Origin: Utricularia gibba
Lineage: Eukaryota; Plantae; Magnoliophyta
Length of the DNA: 64,000 bases
Reading direction: 5' to 3'
Assembly (NCBI GenBank): GCA_002189035.1
Contig: NEEC01000012.1
Coordinates: forward strand, 3,341,669 to 3,405,668
Part shown: positions 54,801 through 64,000 of the stretch, one piece after another
Layout of the letters: each line of letters begins with the position of its first letter
Numbering within the stretch: the stretch's first letter is position 1
Position numbers and translations under genes: made by a program
Notes under the pieces: generated by a model
Databases searched by the model: none
Seen by the model: the letters and a program-made list of their open reading frames with translations, nothing else
Told to the model about the DNA's origin: nothing

Positions 54801-55720
54801 CGTTTTAATGACGTGAAGTATGGGTTTTCGAGGCGATCTCTGAACAAGTTGGGTGTGTCCCTACCCGCAGCCTCATGGTGGCCTCGCACACCGTTCGGTA
54901 TTTCGGCGATATCCTGTGATGGGTTTTCGAGTGCGATCTCTGAACAAGCTCTGGCCTTCAGTGTGCCACAAATCCACCACGTTCGCGACGATGCCGTTCG
55001 GCATTCGTCGATATCTCGGTCACGCTGCGCCCGGCATACCGTTTCGAACATCAGAGCTCGAATTATCGATATTAGCCTTCAGAATCGCGATTGTGATTTT
55101 CGGCTTGCAAAACATCTGCGTTTTATTGGATGACGTGACGCGATTTCGGTATTTCGTGATTTTTTCCGTGCGGTCAGCTTCCGTGTTGAAAGCGGCTTCG
55201 CGCCTTGCAAAAACACCGTTCCAGATCACGCTGCGCCCGGCATACCGTTTCGCGTTTTATTTTCGGCTTGCAAAACATCTGCGTTTTATGACGTGAAGTA
55301 TGGGTTTTCGAGGCGATCTCTGAACAAGCTCTGGGTGTGTCCTACCCGCAGCCTCATGGTGGCCTCGCACACCGTTCGGTATTTCGGCGATATCCTGAAA
55401 ACCGTGATGAGTCACGCTGCGCCGGCATACCGTTTCGAACCCCTTTCCGTGCCGGTCAGCTTCCGTGTTGAAAGCATCTTCGTCCGAGGATGCATCAGAA
55501 AGCTTCTTCGTCCGAGGATGCATCAGCTTATCGCCTTATCTTAGCCTTCAGATGTGCCACAAATTGGCACCACGTTCGCGACGATCGCCGACGCGATTAT
55601 CTGGGTGTGTCCCTACCCGCAGCCTCATTGGCCTCGCAGCCTTGCAGATGAATTATCGCCTGCGCGACAAAAAACATCTGCGTTGGTATGGGTTTTCGCG
55701 ATCCACCCGCAGCCTCATGG
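21860..55720. repeat. Central disordered block: same monomer, with scrambled and mosaic units interspersed with clean islands (~26.8-28.45, 30.6-33.75, 37.2-38.5, 39.5-40.3, 43.55-45.28 kb)
   Basis: Every recognisable string is a same-strand fragment of the monomer, joined out of phase. Heaviest scrambling is at ~23.2-25.8, 28.5-30.6, 41.6-42.4, 45.3-48.3 and 48.8-55.7 kb. Boundaries are approximate. Confidence 0.88.
55471..55526. repeat. 28-bp tandem duplication whose two copies carry different alleles
   Basis: AAAGCATCTTCGTCCGAGGATGCATCAG (55471) is followed by AAAGCTTCTTCGTCCGAGGATGCATCAG (55499). Confidence 0.88.
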
Positions 55721-58700
55721 TGGCCTCGCACACCGTTCGGTATTTCGGATATCTGAAAAAGATGAGTCACGCTGCGCCCGGCATACCGTTTCGAACCCCT
55801 TTCCGTGCCGGTCAGCTTCCGTGTTGAAAGCATCTTCGTCCGAGGATGCATCAGAGCTCGAATTATCGCCTTATATTAGCCTTCAGATGTGCCACAAATT
55901 GGCCACCACGTTCGCGACGATGCGACTCGGAACACGAGAATCGACGCGATTGTGATTTTCGGCTTGCAAGATCTGCGTTTTATTGGATGACGTGAAGTAT
56001 GGGTTTTCGAGGCGATCTCTGAACAAGCTCTGGGTGTGTCCCTACCCGCAGCCTCATGGTGGCCTCGCACACCGTTCGGTATTTCGGCCATATCCTGAAA
56101 ACCGTGATGAGTCACGCTGCGCCGGCATACCGTTTCGAACCCCTTTCCGTGCCGGTCAGCTTCCGTGTTGAAAGCATCTTCGTCGAGGATGCATCAGAGC
56201 TCGAATTATCGCCTTATTAGCCTTCAGATGTGCCACAAATTGGCCACCACGTTCGCGACGATGCGACTCGGAACACGAGAATCGACGCGATTGTGATTTT
56301 CGCCTTGCAAAACATCTGCGTTTTATTGGGTGACGTGAAGTATGGGTTTTCGAGGCGATCTCTGAACAAGCTCTGGGTGTGTCCCTACCGCAGCCTCATG
56401 GTGGCCTCGCACACCGTTCGGCATTCTCCGATATCTGAAGATCGTGATGAGTCACGCTGCGCCCGGCATACCGTTTCGAACCCCTTTCCGTGCCGGTCAG
56501 CTTCCGTGTTGAAAGCTTCTTCGTCCGAGGATGCATCAGAGCTCGAATTATCGCCTTATATTAGCCTTCAGATGTGCCACAAATTGGCCACCACGTTCGC
56601 GACGATGCGACTCGGAACACGAGAATCGACGCGATTGTGATTTTCCTTGCAAAACATCTTTATTGGGTGACGTGAAGTATGGGTTTTCGAGGCGATCTCT
56701 GAACAAGCTCTGGGTGTGTTCCTACCGCAGCCTCATGGTGGCCTCGCACACCGTTCGGCATCTCGTCGATATCCTGAAAAGATGAGTCACGCTGCGCCCG
56801 GCATACCGTTTCGAACCCCTTTCCGTGCCGGTCAGCTTCCGTGTTGAAAGCATCTTCGTCCGAGGATGCATCAGAGCTCGAATTATCGCCTTATATTAGC
56901 CTTCAGATGTGCCACAAATTGGCCACCACGTTCGCGACGATGCGACTCGGAACACGAGAATCGACGCGATTGTGATTTTCGGCTTGCAAAACATCTGCGT
57001 TTTATTGGATGACGTGAAGTATGGGTTTTCGAGGCGATCTCTGAACAAGCTCTGGGTGTGTCCCTACCCGCAGCCTCATGGTGGCCTCGCACACCGTTCG
57101 GTATTTCGGCATATCCTGAAAACCGTGATGAGTCACGCTGCGCCCGGCATACCGTTTCGAACCCCTTTCCGTGCCGGTCAGCTTCCGTGTTGAAAGCATC
57201 TTCGTCCGAGGATGCATCAGAGCTCGAATTATCGCCTTATTAGCCTTCAGATGTGCCACAAATTGGCCACCACGTTCGCGACGATGCGACTCGGAACACG
57301 AGAATCGACGCGATTGTGATTTTCGCTTGCAAAACATCTGCGTTTTATTGGATGACGTGAAGTATGGGTTTTCGAGCGATCTCTGAACAAGCTCTGGGTG
57401 TGTCCCTACCCGCAGCCTCATGGTGGCCTCGCACACCGTTCGGCATCTCGTCGATATCTTGAAGATCTGATGAGTCACGCTGCGCCCGGCATACCGTTTC
57501 GAACCCGTTCCGTGCCGGTCAGCTTCCGTGTTGAAAGCATCTTCGTCCGAGGATGCATCAGAGCTCGAATTATCGCCTTATATTAGCCTTCAGATGTGCC
57601 ACAAATTGGCCACCACGTTCGCGACGATGAGTTCGGAACACGAGAATCGACGCGATTGTGATTTTCGGCTTGCAAAAGATCTGCGTTTTATTGGATGACG
57701 TGAAGTATGGGTTTTCGATGCGATCTCTGAACAAGCTCTGGTGTGTCCCTACCCGCAGCCTCATGGTGGCCTCGCACACCGTTCGGTATTTCGGCGATAT
57801 CCTGAAACCGTGATGAGTCACGCTGCGCTCGGCATACCGTTTCGAACCCCTTTCCGTGCCGGTCAGCTTCCGTGTTGAAAGCATCTTCGTCCGAGGATGC
57901 ATCAGAGCTCGAATTATCGCCTTATATTAGCCTTCAGATGTGCCACAAATTGGCCACCACGTTCGCGACGATGCGAGCTCGAATTATCGCCTTATATTAG
58001 CCTTCAGATGTGCCACAAATTGGCCACCGTTCGCGACGATGCGACTCGGAACACGAGAATCGACGCGATTGTGATTTTCGGCTTGCAAAACATCTGCGTT
58101 TTATTGGGTGATGTGAAGTATGGGTTTTCGAGGCGATCTCTGAACAAGCTCTGGGTGTGTCCCTACCCGCAGCCTCATGGTGGCCTCGCACACCGTTCGG
58201 TATTTCGGCGATATCCTGAAAACCGTGATGAGTCACGCTGCGCCGGCATACCGTTTCGAACCCTTTCCGTGCCGGTCAGCTTCCGTGTTGAAAGCTCTTC
58301 GTCCGAGGATGCATCAGAGCTCGAATTATCGCCTTATATTAGCCTTCAGATGTGCCACAAATTGGCCACCACGTTCGCGACGATGCGACTCGGAACACGA
58401 GAATCGACGCGATTGTGATTTTCGGCTTGCAAAACATCTGCGTTTTATTGGGTGACGTGAAGTATGGGTTTTCGAGGCGATCTCTGAACAAGCTCTGGGT
58501 GTGTCCCTACCCGCAGCCTCATGGTGGCCTCGCACACCGTTCGGTATTCGGCGATATCTTGAAATGATGAGTCACGCTGCGCCGGCATACCGTTTCGAAC
58601 CCTTTCCGTGCCGGTCAGCTTCCGTGTTGAAAGCTCTTCGTCCGAGGATGCATCAGAGCTCGAATTATCGCCTTATATTAGCCTTCAGATGTGCCACAAA

Positions 58701-61700
58701 TTGGCCACCACGTTCGCGACGATGCGACTCGGAACACGAGAATCGACGCGATTGTGATTTTCGCCTTGCAAAACATCTGCGTTTTATTGGGTGACGTGAA
58801 GTATGGGTTTTCGAGGCGATCTCTGAACAAGCTGGTGTGTCTACCCGCAGCCTCATGGTGGCCTCGCACACCGTTCGGTATTTCGGCGATATCCTGAAAG
58901 ATGAGTCACGCTGCGCCCGGCATACCGTTTCGAACCCCTTTCCGTGCCGGTCAGCTTCCGTGTTGAAAGCTTCTTCGTCCGAGGATGCATCAGAGCTCGA
59001 ATTATCGCCTTATATTAGCCTTCAGATGTGCCACAAATTGGCCACCACGTTCGCGACGATGCGACTCGGAACACGAGAATCGACGCGATTGTGATTTTCG
59101 CTTGCAAAACATCTGCGTTTTATTGGGTGACGTGAAGTATGGGTTTTCGAGGCGATCTCTGAACAAGCTCTGGGTGTGTCCCTACCCGCAGCCTCATGGT
59201 GGCCTCGCACACCGTTCGGTATTCGGCGATATCCTGAAATGATGAGTCACGCTGCGCCGGCATACCGTTTCGAACCCTTTCCGTGCCGGTCAGCTTCCGT
59301 GTTGAAAGCTTCTTCGTCCGAGGATGCATCAGAGCTCGAATTATCGCCTTATATTAGCCTTCAGATGTGCCACAAATTGGCCACCACGTTCGCGACGATG
59401 CGACTCGGAACACGAGAATCGACGCGATTGTGATTTTCGGCTTGCAAAACATCTGCGTTTTATTGGGTGACGTGAAGTATGGGTTTTCGAGGCGATCTCT
59501 GAACAAGCTCTGGTGTGTCCTACCCGCAGCCTCATGGTGGCCTCGCACACCGTTCGGATTTCGGCGATATCCTGAAAACCGTGATGAGTCACGCTGCGCC
59601 GGCATACCGTTTCGAACCCCTTTCCGTGCCGGTCAGCTTCCGTGTTGAAAGCTTCTTCGTCCGAGGATGCATCAAGCTCGAATTATCGCCTTATCTTAGC
59701 CTTCAGATGTGCCACAAATTGGCCACCACGTTCGCGACGATGCGACTCGGAACACGAGAATCGACGCGATTGTGATTTTCGCCTTGCAAAACATCTGCGT
59801 TTTATTGGGTGACGTGAAGTATGGGTTTTCGAGGCGATCTCTGAACAAGCTCTGGTGTGTCCCTACCCGCAGCCTCATGGTGGCCTCGCACACCGTTCGG
59901 CATTTCGTCGATATCCTGAAATGATGAGTCACGCTGCGCCCGGCATACCCGTTTCGAACCCCTTTCCGTGCCGGTCAGCTTCCGTGTTGAAAGCTTCTTC
60001 GTCCGAGGATGCATCAGAGCTCGAATTATCGCCTTATTAGCCTTCAGATGTGCCACAAATTGGCCACCACGTTCGCGACGATGCGACTCGGAACACGAGA
60101 ATCGACGCGATTGTGATTTTCGCTTGCAAAAATCTGCGTTTTATTGGATGACGTGAAGTATGGGTTTTCGAGGCGATCTCTGAACAAGCTCTGGTGTGTC
60201 CTACCCGCAGCCTCATGGTGGCCTCGCACACCGTTCGGTATTTCGGCGATATCCTGAAAACCGTGATGAGTCACGCTGCGCGGCATACCGTTTCGAACCC
60301 TTTCCGTGCCGGTCAGCTTCCGTGTTGAAAGCTTCTTCGTCCGAGGATGCATCAGAGCTCGAATTATCGCCTTATATTAGCCTTCAGATGTGCCACAAAT
60401 TGGCCACCACGTTCGCGACGATGCGACTCGGAACACGAGAATCGACGCGATTGTGATTTTCGCTTGCAAAACATCTGCGTTTTATTGGGTGACGTGAAGT
60501 ATGGGTTTTCGAGGCGATCTCTGAACAAGCTCTGGGTGTGTCCCTACCCGCAGCCTCATGGTGGCCTCGCACACCGTTCGGCATTTCGATATCCTGAAAT
60601 GATGAGTCACGCTGCGCCCGGCATACCGTTTCGAACCCCTTTCCGTGCCGGTCAGCTTCCGTGTTGAAAGCTTCTTCGTCCGAGATGCATCAGAGCGAAT
60701 TATCGCCTTATATTAGCCTTCAGATGTGCCACAAATTGGCCACCACGTTCGCGACGATGCGACTCGGAACACGAGAATCGACGCGATTGTGATTTTCGGC
60801 TTGCAAAACATCTGCGTTTTATTGGATGACGTGAAGTATGGGTTTTCGAGGCGATCTCTGAACAAGCTCTGGGTGTGTCCTACCCGCAGCCTCATGGTGG
60901 CCTCGCACACCGTTCGGTATTTCGGCGATATCCTGAAATGATGAGTCACGCTGCGCCGGCATACCGTTTCGAACCCCTTTCCGTGCCGGTCAGCTTCCGT
61001 GTTGAAAGCTTCTTCGTCCGAGGATGCATCAAGCTCGAATTATCGCCTTATCTTAGCCTTCAGATGTGCCACAAATTGGCCACCACGTTCGCGACGATGC
61101 GACTCGGAACACGAGAATCGACGCGATTGTGATTTTCGCTTGCAAAACATCTGCGTTTTATTGGGTGACGTGAAGTATGGGTTTTCGAGGCGATCTCTGA
61201 ACAAGCTCTGGGTGTGTCCCTACCCGCAGCCTCATGGTGGCCTCGCACACCGTTCGGCATTTCGGCGATATCTTGAAAAGATGAGTCACGCTGCGCCCGG
61301 CATACCGTTTCGAACCCCTTCCGTGCCGGTCAGCTTCCGTGTTGAAAGCTTCTTCGTCCGAGGATGCATCAGAGCTCGAATTATCGCCTTATATTAGCCT
61401 TCAGATGTGCCACAAATTGGCCACCACGTTCGCGACGATGCGACTCGGAACACGAGAATCGACGCGATTGTGATTTTCGCTTGCAAAACATCTGCGTTTT
61501 ATTGGATGACGTGAAGTATGGGTTTTCGAGGCGATCTCTGAACAAGCTCTGGGTGTGTCCTACCCGCAGCCTCATGGTGGCCTCGCACACCGTTCGGTAT
61601 TTCGGCGATATCTGAAAACCGTGATGAGTCACGCTGCGCCCGGCATACCGTTTCGAACCCTTTCCGTGCCGGTCAGCTTCCGTGTTGAAAGCTTCTTCGT

Positions 61701-64000
61701 CCGAGGATGCATCAGAGCTCGAATTATCGCCTTATCTTAGCCTTCAGATGTGCCACAAATTGGCCACCACGTTCGCGACGATGCGACTCGGAACACGAGA
61801 ATCGACGCGATTGTGATTTTCGCTTGCAAAACATCTGCGTTTTATTGGGTGACGTGAAGTATGGGTTTTCGAGGCGATCTCTGAACAAGCTCTGGTGTGT
61901 CCTACCCGCAGCCTCATGGTGGCCTCGCACACCGTTCGGTATTTCGGCGATATCCTGAAAACCGTGATGAGTCACGCTGCGCCCGGCATACCGTTTCGAA
62001 CCCCTTTCCGTGCCGGTCAGCTTCCGTGTTGAAAGCTTCTTCGTCCGAGGATGCATCAGAGCTCGAATTATCGCCTTATAAGCCTTCAGATGTGCCACAA
62101 ATTGGCCACCACGTTCGCGACGATGCGACTCGGAACACGAGAATCGACGCGATTGTGATTTTCGGCTTGCAAAACATCTGCGTTTTATTGGATGACGTGA
62201 AGTATGGGTTTTCGAGGCGATCTCTGAACAAGCTCTGGTGTGTCCCTACCCGCAGCCTCATGGTGGCCTCGCACACCGTTCGGTATTTCGGTATCCTGAA
62301 AACCGTGATGAGTCACGCTGCGCCCGGCATACCGTTTCGAACCCCTTTCCGTGCCGGTCAGCTTCCGTGTTGAAAGCTTCTTCGTCCGAGGATGCATCAG
62401 AGCTCGAATTATCGCCTTATATTAGCCTTCAGATGTGCCACAAATTGGCCACCACGTTCGCGACGATGCGACTCGGAACACGAGAATCGACGCGATTGTG
62501 ATTTTCGGCTTGCAAAACATCTGCGTTTTATTGGGTGACGTGAAGTATGGGTTTTCGAGGCGATCTCTGAACAAGCTCTGGGTGTGTCCTACCGCAGCCT
62601 CATGGTGGCCTCGCACACCGTTCGGTTCGTCGATATCTTGATGATGAGTCACGCTGCGCCCGGCATACCGTTTCGAACCCTTCCGTGCCGGTCAGCTTCC
62701 GTGTTGAAAGCTTCTTCGTCCGAGGATGCATCAGAGCTCGAATTATCGCCTTATCTTAGCCTTCAGATGTGCCACAAATTGGCCACCACGTTCGCGACGA
62801 TGCGACTCGGAACACGAGAATCGACGCGATTGTGATTTTCGCTTGCAAAACATCTGCGTTTTATTGGGTGACGTGAAGTATGGGTTTTCGAGGCGATCTC
62901 TGAACAAGCTCTGGTGTGTCCCTACCCGCAGCCTCATGGTGGCCTCGCACACCGTTCGGTATTTCGGCCATATCCTGAAAACCGTGATGAGTCACGCTGC
63001 GCCCGGCATACCGTTTCGAACCCCTTTCGTGCCGGTCAGCTTCCGTGTTGAAAGCTTCTTCGTCCGAGGATGCATCAGAGCTCGAATTATCGCCTTATCT
63101 TAGCCTTCAGATGTGCCACAAATTGGCCACCACGTTCGCGACGATGCGACTCGGAACACGAGAATCGACGCGATTGTGATTTTCGGCTTGCAAAACATCT
63201 GCGTTTTATTGGGTGACGTGAAGTATGGGTTTTCGAGGCGATCTCTGAACAAGCTCTGGTGTGTCCTACCCGCAGCCTCATGGTGGCCTCGCACACCGTT
63301 CGGTATTTCGGCGATATCCTGAAAACCGTGATGAGTCACGCTGCGCCCGGCATACCGTTTCGAACCCCTTCCGTGCCGGTCAGCTTCCGTGTTGAAAGCT
63401 TCTTCGTCCGAGGATGCATCAGAGCTCGAATTATCGCCTTATATTAGCCTTCAGATGTGCCACAAATTGGCCACCACGTTCGCGACGATGCGACTCGGAA
63501 CACGAGAATCGACGCGATTGTGATTTTCGCCTTGCAAAACATCTGCGTTTTATTGGGTGACGTGAAGTATGGGTTTTCGAGGCGATCTCTGAACAAGCTC
63601 TGGTGTGTCCTACCGCAGCCTCATGGTGGCCTCGCACACCGTTCGGCATTTCGTCGATATCTTGAAGATCATGATGAGTCACGCTGCGCCCGGCATACCG
63701 TTTCGAACCCTTCCGTGCCGGTCAGCTTCCGTGTTGAAAGCTTCTTCGTCCGAGGATGCATCAAGCTCGAATTATCGCCTTATATTAGCCTTCAGATGTG
63801 CCACAAATTGGCCACCACGTTCGCGACGATGCGACTCGGAACACGAGAATCGACGCGATTGTGATTTTCGGCTTGCAAAACATCTGCGTTTTATTGGGTG
63901 ACGTGAAGTATGGGTTTTCGAGGCGATCTCTGAACAAGCTCTGGGTGTGTTCCTACCCGCAGCCTCATGGTGGCCTCGCACACCGTTCGGTATTTCGGCC
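55720..64000. repeat. Right well-ordered block of near-full-length monomers (~24 units)
   Basis: Colinear monomers with one internal 70-bp partial duplication at 57905-58042. The AAAGCTTCTTC variant is fixed from 58971 onward. Confidence 0.92.
57905..58042. repeat. Tandem partial duplication of 70 bp of the monomer (consensus ~72-141)
   Basis: GAGCTCGAATTATCGCC...GACGATGC starts at 57905 and again at 57975. The second copy lacks 2 bp (CCACCGTTCG). Confidence 0.9.

Larger units (their letters stand above)
1..64000. repeat. Tandem satellite DNA array, ~347-bp full-length monomer (observed periods mostly 336-346 bp), about 185-190 head-to-tail copies, continuing past both window ends
   Basis: The landmark AGATGTGCCACAAATTGG recurs at 103, 441, 783, 1123, 1466 ... 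to ~63.8 kb. ORF-track MPQIGHH starts give periods of 343 (4205-4548), 346 (7510-7856), 336, 342, 345, 345 and 342. Reconstructed consensus: ATACCGTTTCGAACCCCTTTCCGTGCCGGTCAGCTTCCGTGTTGAAAGCATCTTCGTCCGAGGATGCATCAGAGCTCGAATTATCGCCTTATATTAGCCTTCAGATGTGCCACAAATTGGCCACCACGTTCGCGACGATGCGACTCGGAACACGAGAATCGACGCGATTGTGATTTTCGCCTTGCAAAACATCTGCGTTTTATTGGGTGACGTGAAGTATGGGTTTTCGAGGCGATCTCTGAACAAGCTCTGGGTGTGTCCCTACCCGCAGCCTCATGGTGGCCTCGCACACCGTTCGGTATTTCGGCGATATCCTGAAAACCGTGATGAGTCACGCTGCGCCCGGC. No inverted copy seen. Confidence 0.98.

Noticed and set aside
101-63981. Hundreds of 60-231 aa ORFs (MPQIGHH..., MHQSSNYRL..., MCEATMRL...), including the longest at 22725-23420, 21628-22296 and 50921-51559
   Set aside because: All are translations of the repeat. 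The period is not a multiple of 3 and indels are not frame-preserving. Long ORFs arise only where indels splice frames together, and I recognise no protein domain.
1-64000. Rolling-circle (phi29/eccDNA) concatemer of a single circle
   Set aside because: Linked haplotypes, regional allele domains and several subtypes are incompatible with copying one template, and no fold-back inversions are seen. A mixed-template consensus remains possible.
1-64000. Strict higher-order repeat across the window
   Set aside because: The order of A/B tails and rare subtypes is irregular. Only a loose local rhythm at 12-21.5 kb is visible.

Overview
The whole 64-kb window is one head-to-tail tandem array of a ~343-347-bp monomer (roughly 185-190 copies, ~53% GC, CpG-rich, all copies on the same strand). 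It looks like a eukaryotic satellite DNA, and I cannot name the family or organism. I find no protein-coding genes, rRNA/tRNA genes, transposon insertions, CRISPR array or unique sequence; every ORF in the track is a translation of the repeat. The array is well ordered at ~1-21.8 kb and ~55.7-64 kb. Between these it is patchily scrambled by same-strand, out-of-phase pieces of the same monomer. Observations worth follow-up: (i) at nearly every polymorphic column the units show allele X, allele Y, neither base or both bases, which is the signature of a consensus built from mixed repeat copies, so much of the indel variation and the scrambled centre are probably assembly/polishing artefacts; (ii) real linked monomer subtypes and regional variant domains are still visible underneath; (iii) the monomer appears to be an old dimer of ~173-bp halves; (iv) each monomer carries a degenerate hammerhead-ribozyme-like arrangement on the plus strand and a mirrored hammerhead-like core on the minus strand, reminiscent of retrozyme or viroid-like repeats. 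Item (iv) is the most speculative, because conserved core positions are broken in the consensus. All counts are by hand.
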